This document shows, piece by piece, positions 55,962-64,000 of a stretch of DNA of 64,000 nt (the stretch's first letter is position 1; every line of letters starts with the position of its first letter). The DNA is taken from contig OZ245046.1 in assembly GCA_965224245.1 (NCBI GenBank), positions 6,304,001 to 6,368,000 of the forward strand. Direction: 5' to 3'. Made by a program: the position numbers and the translations under genes. Source of the DNA: Candidatus Eiseniibacteriota bacterium. Its GTDB lineage: Bacteria > Eisenbacteria > RBG-16-71-46 > CAZAMP01. Under the pieces are notes generated by a model. It did not search any database and had not been told where the DNA came from. It was given only the letters and a program-made list of their open reading frames with translations.

Positions 55962-58277
55962 GTGAGCGATCACCGGGCACGACGAGCAGAGCAAATCTTC
56001 CAGCTCGTATGCGAGATGTCCATCTCCGAGCGGGAGACGGCCCTCGATGAGCTGTGTCAGGGGGATTCCGAGCTACAGCGCGAAGTGGAGGGCCTTCTCG
56101 GTCACTTCGACGCGGCCGGCATGAGCTTCCCCGGCCGTGCGTTCGGATCGTCGAGCCCGATCATGCCTTCTCTCGAGCACGGTGATCGACTGGGTCACTA
56201 CGAGATCCAGGAGATGATCGGAGAGGGGGGAGTGGGTGTCGTCTACCGAGCGCGCGATCCGCGTCTCCAGCGGACCGTAGCGGTCAAGGTCCTTCATCCG
56301 GGGTCGAGCCCGGATCGCCAGAGGGTGCAACGCTTTCAGCGGGAAGCGCGGGCGGCGTCCGCGTTGAACCACCCCAACATCTGCACGGTGCACGACATCG
56401 GGGAACACGAGGAGCACCCGTTCCTCGTGCTCGAGTACCTGGAGGGGGAGACCCTGCAGGCGAGGCTGAACGCGCGGTCGATGAATCTCGAAACGTTGCT
56501 CGGTCTGGCGCGTCAGATCGCGAGTGGGCTCGCGGCGGCCCATCGCGCAGGGATTGTGCATCGGGATCTGAAACCCGCGAACGTCTTCGTGACCGATGGC
56601 GGGCTCGTCAAGATCCTCGACTTCGGATTGGCGAAGTCCACCGTACCCGATGATCGGTCGCTCGGCTCTCTTACCGCGTTCGGCCTGGTGGCCGGGACGC
56701 CGCTGTACATGTCACCGGAGCAAGCGAGAGGCTCCAGGATCGACGCGCGGACGGACGTCTTCTCGATGGGAGTCATCCTCTTCGAGATGGCGACCGGAAA
56801 GCGGCCGGTCGAGGAGAGCACCGCGGCCGCCTTCTACGACGCGCTTCTCAATCATCCTCCTCGTTCGGTGACGGATCTCAACCCGTCGGTTCCCGAACCG
56901 CTCGCGCACATCATCGCTCGCTGCCTCGAGAAGGAACCGGGTCGGCGGTACCCGAGCGCGACCGAGCTGCTTCACGAGCTGGACGCCGTGTCCGCCTCGG
57001 CCGACCGCACTCCGGACGGTCTCCGGATGAACGTACTGGCGGGGCGGGATCGTCCGCCGATGACGGACGTGACTCGACACGCCGGCCGCTGGCGCCGGCC
57101 TCTGGTCGTCGTGGGGCTGGCCGCGGTTCTCGTGGCGGCCGGTATCTGGACGGTCCGCACCACTCGACACCAGCCGGCGGCCACTGCGGAAGTCGTGACG
57201 GAGCAGGAGATCGCGCTACCGGCCGAGAAGCTCGCGGTCGCCGTGATACCCGCGACGAGCCGAACGAACGATCCACGATTCGAGGACATCGAGCTCGAGC
57301 GCGTGCTCGGCGACATGATGATGCACATCCTGTCGGAAGTGGATGGACTCTACGTCATCTCCCCATGGCGACTGGAGAACGTCGCTCGCGAGCTCGGCCG
57401 GACATGGTCGGAGGCGCGGGACGATCTCGACTTCGCACTCGAGGTGGGGAAGCGAAGCCAGGCTAATGCGGTCCTGTCCGTCGACTTCTCCAATCTCGGG
57501 AGGACACATACGCTGGCGGCCACGATGACACGCGTCGGTGGTGGCGAACACCTGGGAACGTTCCGAGCGGACAGCGAGGATCCGGACTTCTCGCTCCCGG
57601 AGCTGAGTGACGAGATGCAGAGCGCCATTGGTGAGCGATTTGGCGGCGTCACATCTCCGGCCTCGCCCTCAGGAACGGTCGCAACGCGATCGGTCACGGC
57701 ATACGCACACTACATTCGTGGCATCAGCCTCATCGACGAGGGTCGATGGAACGAGGCGGTCACCGAGCTCGAGAAAGCAACCGAGATCGATCCCGAAATG
57801 GGTGTCGCCTGGTCCGAGATGGGATGCGCTTACAGCTTCGCGGGCGATCAAGCCATGGCCGAGGCGTCTCAGTGGGAGGCCGAGAAGTGGACCGATGAGA
57901 TGACGCGCAAGGAGCGCTTGTGGGTCGAGTCGAATGGAGTCTGGCTGAGAACCTACAACGGTGACCTCTACCGCGAGAAAATCCAGCAGTTCATCGACGA
58001 GTTTCCGGACGAACGCAACGGCTATCTCTACGCCGGTCTCTGCGCTCAGTGGCTGGACGGCGATTACTCCAAAGCGCTCGAGTGGTATGAAAGAGCGTAT
58101 CTCCTCACTCCGTTCTACTACCCCATCACCAAGAGCCTCGTCGAGTGCTATGTGGCCACGGATCAGACGGATCGGGCCATTGCGACGTTGCAGCGCTATC
58201 TTCGACAACCACGCGTGCCGGATTATGGTCGGCAGCAAGCGGAGGCCCAGCTCGAGGACATCCGTCCCACGCCATGA
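55962..58277 (+). CDS. Membrane Ser/Thr kinase with TolB-N-like and TPR domains
   Basis: AAGGGG then GTG; LDELCQGD..LQREVEGLL cap; GEGGVG, HRDLKPAN, DFG, YMSPEQ; TM; AYAHYIRG and TPRs. Confidence 0.9.
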   Translation: MSDHRARRAEQIFQLVCEMSISERETALDELCQGDSELQREVEGLLGHFDAAGMSFPGRAFGSSSPIMPSLEHGDRLGHYEIQEMIGEGGVGVVYRARDPRLQRTVAVKVLHPGSSPDRQRVQRFQREARAASALNHPNICTVHDIGEHEEHPFLVLEYLEGETLQARLNARSMNLETLLGLARQIASGLAAAHRAGIVHRDLKPANVFVTDGGLVKILDFGLAKSTVPDDRSLGSLTAFGLVAGTPLYMSPEQARGSRIDARTDVFSMGVILFEMATGKRPVEESTAAAFYDALLNHPPRSVTDLNPSVPEPLAHIIARCLEKEPGRRYPSATELLHELDAVSASADRTPDGLRMNVLAGRDRPPMTDVTRHAGRWRRPLVVVGLAAVLVAAGIWTVRTTRHQPAATAEVVTEQEIALPAEKLAVAVIPATSRTNDPRFEDIELERVLGDMMMHILSEVDGLYVISPWRLENVARELGRTWSEARDDLDFALEVGKRSQANAVLSVDFSNLGRTHTLAATMTRVGGGEHLGTFRADSEDPDFSLPELSDEMQSAIGERFGGVTSPASPSGTVATRSVTAYAHYIRGISLIDEGRWNEAVTELEKATEIDPEMGVAWSEMGCAYSFAGDQAMAEASQWEAEKWTDEMTRKERLWVESNGVWLRTYNGDLYREKIQQFIDEFPDERNGYLYAGLCAQWLDGDYSKALEWYERAYLLTPFYYPITKSLVECYVATDQTDRAIATLQRYLRQPRVPDYGRQQAEAQLEDIRPTP

Positions 58278-58425
58278 TGTCGGGGCGAGGAGACGTCGCC
58301 CGTGACAGCGGGCTCGGTGAGTCGGCGAGGTACTACCACCAGAGGTCGGCGTGATGGGCAGTTTCTAGACTCGATCGGGCTGCCGACTCTTCCGCCGACT
58401 ACCTCCCCACAGGCCACCGCTCACA

Positions 58426-59187
58426 CTAGGCGCGACCGAGTCGTTCCATCGCCTGCCCGTGATTCAGCTCGGCTCCCCGGTGATCGTAGTACAGACGGAA
58501 CTCCCGTGCGGGGCGTCTGTAGTTGCCGGTACTCAGGTCGAACTGCTCGGCCTCGTCGCGGTCGAAGTAGTCGTGGATCCACTCTTCTTGCTGCGTCATC
58601 ATCTTCGCGTGCATGACGTTCGTGGGGTTGTAGGGCGCGAACGCGTCCTTCACGGTCTTGCCCTGCTCGGTGACGCTCACCGATCCGCGGTACCCCTCGA
58701 CGACGACGTTCGCGAACCCGATGGCCCGGGCCAGGATCTTGGCCATGCAGTCACCCTGTCGGTTCGAGATGTAGGGCAGCTCCGGGTCCATCCGACCACC
58801 GCCCCAGCAGGCCAGGAGCCGCACGAGGATCCGTCGATTGCGGAGACCATCCCGCTTCATCCGCCGCGCGAGCGTGTTCGGGGAAATGAACGTCACCTTG
58901 CCCGGCTCGGGGCTGGTGCCGAGTCGAGCCCGTGCGGCCGCGGGTGCACCGGGGCCGCGCCCGACGCTCTCGCCATGACCACTGACGGTCAGGACGTCGC
59001 CATCTCCAACCACGAGGAGCTGCTTCTCCGTGCTCGCGCAGCAGCATCCTCCACTCCCGGAGTAGAGCAGGTTGCCCTGACCGTACTTGCGCTTGTAGAC
59101 CTTGCGATCCGCGATGCCACGCGGGTCGGCCGACGCCTTGAGCGCTTCCTCGGACGTGTACAGCGGGTGATACCAGTATTTCGCCAT
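58426..59187 (-). CDS. Putative clan CD cysteine protease (peptidase C80-like)
   Basis: GGAGAGG RBS; LTVSGHG ... LARRMKRDGL ... VRLLACWGG ... LARAI ... VEGYRG pattern; no signal peptide. Confidence 0.6.
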   Translation of the reverse strand: MAKYWYHPLYTSEEALKASADPRGIADRKVYKRKYGQGNLLYSGSGGCCCASTEKQLLVVGDGDVLTVSGHGESVGRGPGAPAAARARLGTSPEPGKVTFISPNTLARRMKRDGLRNRRILVRLLACWGGGRMDPELPYISNRQGDCMAKILARAIGFANVVVEGYRGSVSVTEQGKTVKDAFAPYNPTNVMHAKMMTQQEEWIHDYFDRDEAEQFDLSTGNYRRPAREFRLYYDHRGAELNHGQAMERLGRA

Positions 59188-59223
59188 GTCCTCTCCCCGA
59201 ATAGTCCCGCGGCATGATCCATG

Positions 59224-62200
59224 TCATCTCACGACCACGAATTTCTTCACGTACTCGATCGGTCCGCTGTCGAGCCGCACGAAGTAGATTCCGTTCGCCA
59301 CGGGATCCCGATTGGCGTCACGTCCATCCCACGTGACCCGATGCGAGGCCATCTCGAAGCGACCGGTGACGACCGTTCGCACCTTTCGCCCCAGCACATC
59401 GTAGATCGCCACCTCGGTGTCGGGTACCTGACCGCCCACGATCGAGGATCCGAACTCGATCGTGAGCGCGTCCCCGCGGAAAGGCAAGGGATACACGTGG
59501 AGGCCGTACACGATCGGGGGAGATGCCTCGGTGACCGCCTCGCCGAGGAGGATCTCGCTACCCAGCCCGTTGATCGCGAACAGCCGATACGAGTCTCCGT
59601 CCTGGCCCTCGGTATCGTGGTATGACGTCTCCGTCGTGCTGGACACGAGAGTGACGTATGCGCCGCCGTCCGGCGACTTCTCCAGTCGGTATCCACCCAG
59701 ATCCTCCGGCCCCGGATCCGTGTCCCACGATACGACCAGACCGGGTCCTTCCGAAGGCGGCGTGACGGCCAGCCTCAGCAGTGACACCGACGTTTCGATG
59801 GTGAAGAGCGACCCGGGCTCGGCGATCGAGTGCCGGTACACGAAGGTGCCGTGGTCATTGGCGGCCTCGCGACGCTCGAGACGGAGCAGTGAGAATCGCG
59901 ATGGGGTGTGGGGCACGACGAGGTCGTGGCTGCCACCCGAAATGCTGGCGGCGAGCAGCGTGTACGAGTTGCCGCCGTCGACCGATAGTGAGACGTCCAC
60001 GGCGCCCACTCCGTCCCACGTCACTTCCCGGGTGGCGCCTACCGGCCATGTGTCGCCACCGGCCGGAGTGGTCAGCTCTATCGCCCCCGATGCGTACCTG
60101 AGATCCGTGTTGGTCTGGTCGTAGTAGCTGATCCGGGGATTCCCCTCGGAATCGAGGCGCAGCGACGTGTACAGGCCCACGATGCCCATCGCATCGACCG
60201 TCTCCGTCCTCCAGTCTCCATTGGTCTTGACCGCGTACGCGAGGTCGCCGTTGGCCTGGTCGTAGTAGCTGATGTGAGGATTGCCCTCGGCGTCCAGCTG
60301 TATCGACGTGTATTCCCCCACCGATCCGGCTTCGACGACGGTCTCGATCGCCCAGCTTCCGCCGGTTTTGACCGCGTACTTGAGGGCCAGGGTGGATGCG
60401 CCCCAGTAGCTCACGTGCGGGCGACCGTCACGATCGAGCGCAAGCGACGTGTGCCGACCCACGCCTCCCGCCGCATCGACGATCTCCGTGTTCCAGCTTC
60501 CCCCGACCTTGACCGCGTACTTGAGGTCCGCGTTTCCCCAGTCGTAGTAGCCGATGTGCGGGGTGCCCTGTGCGTCCAGGTCCAGCGACGTGAAGCCGCC
60601 GACGGAGCCCGTGGCATCCACGGTCTGCGTCGTCCAGCCGCCCCCGGTATCGACCGCGTACTTCAGCTGGTCGTTCGTGGCGTCGTAGTAGCTGATGTGG
60701 GGGTTGCCCTGTGCGTCCAGACCCAGCGACGTGTGCGAGCCGACATCTCCCGTGGCGTCCACGGTCACCGTCGTCCAGCCGCCTCCGGTCTTCGCTGCGT
60801 ACTTGAGATCGGCGTTGGTCGCGTCCCAGTAGCTCACGTGCGGAGACCCGTCAGCACCGAGCTCCAGTGACGTGTACAGGCCCACCGTTCCCGCCGCATC
60901 GACGGTCTCGGCTTCCCAGCTTCCACTCGCCCTCGTGACGTACTTCAGGTCGGCATTGGAGAAATCGCGGTAGGTGATGTGGGGGCTTCCCTGGGCATCG
61001 ACGGCAAGCGACGTGTAGGAACCGACGACCGCTGCCGCATCTGCCGTTGCCGTCCACCATGGCGATACGACGGACGTCTCGATGGCAAAAAAGGTCTGAC
61101 TCTCGGAGATCGACCGCCGGTAGACGAACGTATCGAAGGTGTTTGCTCGTTCGTGGCGCTCGATCCGGATGAGGCAGAGCGTCGACGGAGTGTCCGGAAC
61201 CAGAAGGTCGTGGCTGCCACCCGACACGCTCGTCGCCAGCGGTGTGAACGAGTTGCCGCCGTCGACCGAGAGCGAGATGTCCACGGCACCCACCCCGTCC
61301 CAGGTGATCGTGCGCATCGCGCCCACCGGCCACGCCTTTCCGCCTGCAGGACTGGTCAGCTCGACCGCGCCCGAGGCGTACTTCATGTCCAGGTTCGTCT
61401 GGTCGCGGTAGCCGATGTGTGGGTTACCCTGGGCATCCAGGTCGAGCGACGTGAACCAGCCGACGGTTCCCTCCGTCGCGACCGTTTCGATCCTCCAATC
61501 TCCCGACAGCTTGGCCGCATACTTGAGATCCGCGGTGTCCCAGACGTAGTAGCTGATGTGCGGCCTGCCCTCGGTGTCCAGCCTGATCGAGGAGAACTCG
61601 CCTCCGCTCTCCCCGGGACCGCTCACGGTCTCGACGCTCCAGCCGCCTTCCAGTTTGACCGCATACTTGAGATCCGCGTTCGTGGCATCGTAGTAGCTGA
61701 TGTGTGGCCGACCCTCGTCATCGATCGCAATCGACGTGTGGAAGCCCACGTCTGCCGTCGCATCCACCGTTTCCGTCGCCCAGCTGCCCCCGGACTTCAC
61801 CGCGTACTTGAGAGCGGTGTTCGTCTCGTCCCGGTAGGCGATGTGCGGGGTGCCCTCGCCGTCGACTGCGATCGACGTGAACGTGCCCACCGTCCCCGTT
61901 GCGTCCACCGTTTCCGCCGTCCAACCGAGTCCCGTCCTGACCGCGTACCGGAGGTCTCCGTTCGACCAGTCGTAGTGGCTGATGTGCGGTACGTCCCGTC
62001 CGTCGACGGCAATCGATGAGAACTCACCCATGACGCCCGTCACGTCGACCGTCTCCGTCGTCCAGCTCCCATCCGACCTGGTCGCGTACTTGAGATCGAA
62101 GTTCGTGACATCGCGGTAGCTGATGTGCGGTCTCCCCCGACTGTCGATGCCGATCGACGTATAGTTCCCGACGACGCCCGCCGAGTCCACCGTCTCCGTC

Positions 62201-63759
62201 GCCCAGTCGCTTCCGGACTTGACCCCGTACCTGAGATCCGCGTTCGTGCCGTCGTAGTAGGCGAAGTGGGGAACGCCCCGGGAGTCGAGCTCGAACGACG
62301 CGTCAAAGCCCACGTCGCCCGCCGCATCGACCGTCGCCGTCCACCACGGCGAGACCCGGTTGTAGTCGATCGAAAACGCCTCCGGAGAGACGGAGCTCGA
62401 GAACGGGGTGTCTCGCAGGATCTTCACCCGCGCATCGGTCGTCGAAACACCCGGCACTTCGACTCGTACGATGCCGCCACTGACACGCGTGAGCATCCAG
62501 CTGTAGGTGACCCCTCCATCGACGCTGACGAGCACGTCTACCGAGCCCGCTCCGTCCCAGGTGACGGTCCCCAGACCGCCACGAAGCCACGTCTCTCCAC
62601 CCACCGGCGAGGTCACATGGATCGCCGAATCCGCGAATCTGACCTCGCCGTTGAGGGACTCGTCGTAGCTGATGTGGGGGTTGCCCTGGGCGTCCAGCTC
62701 GATCGACGTCGACCGGCCGACGAAGCCGGCAGCAGCCACGGTCTCGAGCGTCCAGCTACCGTCCGTCCTCACGGCATACCTGAGATCGTCGTTGGTGATG
62801 TCGTAGTAGCTGAGGTGAGGGGTGCCCGCGTGATCGACTGCGAGAGAGGTGTACGTGCCTACCGATCCCGTCGAGTCGACCGTCTCCAGGGTCCAGGCGC
62901 CGGCCATCTTCACGGCATACCTGAGATCGCCGTTGGTGAAGTCGTAGTGACCGATGTGCGGATTCCCCTGCGCATCCAGCGCGATCGACGTGTGCTCGCC
63001 CACGTCACCCGTGGCATCGACCGTCTCCAGGGTCCAGCTGCCGCCGGTCTTCACGGCGTACTTGAGATCGCCGTTGGTGACGTCGTTGTAGCTGATGTGA
63101 GGACGTCCCCCGACATCGAGGTCCAGAGACGTCTCCCGGCCCACGTTACCCGTCGCGTCGACGGTCTCCACGGACCAGCTCCCGGTACTCTTCACCGCAT
63201 ACTTGAGATCGTCGTTGGTGTTGTCGTAGTAGCTGATGTGGGGATTCCCCTGCACGTCGATGCCGATTGATGTGTACTGCCCCACGTCACCCGTCGCGTC
63301 GACGGTCTCCACGAACCAGCTCCCGGCATTCCGCACCGCATACTTGAGATCCCCGTTGCTGACGTCGTAGTAGCTGATGTGCGGGTTCCCCCGGGCGTCG
63401 ACCTCCAGCGACGTGTATCGGCCCACGGTGCCCGCCGCATCGACGGTCTCGATCGTCCAGGCTCCCGCGCTCTTCACCGCATACTCGAGATCACCGCTAC
63501 CGGTATCGTAGTAGCTGATGTGAGGGTTCCCCTGGGCGTCGAGCCCGAGCGATCCGTACGATACCGAGCCCCCGGGGGCATCGACCGTCTCATGAACGAA
63601 TGGAGGGGTCGATCGCGCGGGCGATGTGGCTCCCATCAGCAGAAACGTCAGGCTCGAAGCAAGCACGCAACACGCGCCGCTCACAGGGGTCGATCGTCGG
63701 TGAATCGGAGGCATCGTCGGAGAAGAAACGGTCCCATCAGTCGTGCAAACGCTGGGCAT
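59224..63759 (-). CDS. Giant secreted protein: 3 x (seven ~47-aa repeats + Ig-like domain), then FN3-like and FlgD-Ig/CTD domains
   Basis: 21 PHISYYDxxNxDLKYA...WxxETVD repeats at 141-nt spacing; three TSPxGGxxW...SVDGG domains; YDVLGRKV...WDGRD...NGIYF. Start uncertain. Confidence 0.9.
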   Translation of the reverse strand: MPSVCTTDGTVSSPTMPPIHRRSTPVSGACCVLASSLTFLLMGATSPARSTPPFVHETVDAPGGSVSYGSLGLDAQGNPHISYYDTGSGDLEYAVKSAGAWTIETVDAAGTVGRYTSLEVDARGNPHISYYDVSNGDLKYAVRNAGSWFVETVDATGDVGQYTSIGIDVQGNPHISYYDNTNDDLKYAVKSTGSWSVETVDATGNVGRETSLDLDVGGRPHISYNDVTNGDLKYAVKTGGSWTLETVDATGDVGEHTSIALDAQGNPHIGHYDFTNGDLRYAVKMAGAWTLETVDSTGSVGTYTSLAVDHAGTPHLSYYDITNDDLRYAVRTDGSWTLETVAAAGFVGRSTSIELDAQGNPHISYDESLNGEVRFADSAIHVTSPVGGETWLRGGLGTVTWDGAGSVDVLVSVDGGVTYSWMLTRVSGGIVRVEVPGVSTTDARVKILRDTPFSSSVSPEAFSIDYNRVSPWWTATVDAAGDVGFDASFELDSRGVPHFAYYDGTNADLRYGVKSGSDWATETVDSAGVVGNYTSIGIDSRGRPHISYRDVTNFDLKYATRSDGSWTTETVDVTGVMGEFSSIAVDGRDVPHISHYDWSNGDLRYAVRTGLGWTAETVDATGTVGTFTSIAVDGEGTPHIAYRDETNTALKYAVKSGGSWATETVDATADVGFHTSIAIDDEGRPHISYYDATNADLKYAVKLEGGWSVETVSGPGESGGEFSSIRLDTEGRPHISYYVWDTADLKYAAKLSGDWRIETVATEGTVGWFTSLDLDAQGNPHIGYRDQTNLDMKYASGAVELTSPAGGKAWPVGAMRTITWDGVGAVDISLSVDGGNSFTPLATSVSGGSHDLLVPDTPSTLCLIRIERHERANTFDTFVYRRSISESQTFFAIETSVVSPWWTATADAAAVVGSYTSLAVDAQGSPHITYRDFSNADLKYVTRASGSWEAETVDAAGTVGLYTSLELGADGSPHVSYWDATNADLKYAAKTGGGWTTVTVDATGDVGSHTSLGLDAQGNPHISYYDATNDQLKYAVDTGGGWTTQTVDATGSVGGFTSLDLDAQGTPHIGYYDWGNADLKYAVKVGGSWNTEIVDAAGGVGRHTSLALDRDGRPHVSYWGASTLALKYAVKTGGSWAIETVVEAGSVGEYTSIQLDAEGNPHISYYDQANGDLAYAVKTNGDWRTETVDAMGIVGLYTSLRLDSEGNPRISYYDQTNTDLRYASGAIELTTPAGGDTWPVGATREVTWDGVGAVDVSLSVDGGNSYTLLAASISGGSHDLVVPHTPSRFSLLRLERREAANDHGTFVYRHSIAEPGSLFTIETSVSLLRLAVTPPSEGPGLVVSWDTDPGPEDLGGYRLEKSPDGGAYVTLVSSTTETSYHDTEGQDGDSYRLFAINGLGSEILLGEAVTEASPPIVYGLHVYPLPFRGDALTIEFGSSIVGGQVPDTEVAIYDVLGRKVRTVVTGRFEMASHRVTWDGRDANRDPVANGIYFVRLDSGPIEYVKKFVVVR

Positions 63760-64000
63760 GTCACCGCCCCTTGTTGGAGGACATGGCAAAGCTGATGGTT
63801 CGGCGCTCGATGAGCGGGCCGGCGGGGAAGGTCGCTCGAAACGAGCGTCTGAAGTGGGGTGTCTAGGCCCCGTCTTCCTGTGATGGTACGGGTAGATGCT
63901 CGTTCTCGGCAATCAAACACTGTCGATGCCGAATGCCAGCTGCGCACCCGAGATCCGCGTACTGTCACACTGTTACGTCGTGGCCACCCGAGACGTGGAT

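Noticed and set aside
58459-59217. 252-aa plus-strand ORF
   Set aside because: Antisense to the C80-like gene, which has the RBS and recognisable motifs.
59224-63600. 141-nt periodic DNA repeats as a CRISPR array or DGR template
   Set aside because: Fully explained by in-frame protein repeats; no RT gene and no adenine-specific TR/VR pair noticed.
1-64000. tRNA, rRNA, integrase or transposase genes
   Set aside because: None recognised by eye; small structured RNAs cannot be excluded without a covariance-model search.

Overview
High-GC bacterial DNA, about 30 CDSs. No rRNA, tRNA, CRISPR array or intact mobile element was seen. The gene content resembles FCB-group candidate lineages such as Eisenbacteria, Krumholzibacteriota or Latescibacterota; this is inference from content only. 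The window is dominated by large exported proteins. Eleven end in a FlgD-Ig/T9SS-CTD-like C-terminal domain: LVIVD, PQQ-like, ELWxxDGT and 47-aa-repeat propellers, two gingipain-like C25 proteases, a CLCA-like HExxH/vWA protein, a cohesin-dockerin protein and a tandem beta-helix protein. Two beta-helix proteins instead end in a short (T/S)WGxL(K/R)xx(Y/F) tail, a candidate second sorting signal. Interspersed are four Ser/Thr kinases, two ECF sigma factors, and an FHA-sigma54 activator with a good sigma54 promoter downstream. There is also a TMTC-like GT-C glycosyltransferase and a stand-alone C80-like cysteine protease. Several intergenic spacers hold decayed fragments of the same cargo/CTD gene families, and one holds a probable group II intron 3' remnant, suggesting rapid turnover of the secreted-protein repertoire. 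All family calls come from motif recognition by eye, not database searches. Many start codons were re-picked from RBS and signal-peptide context.
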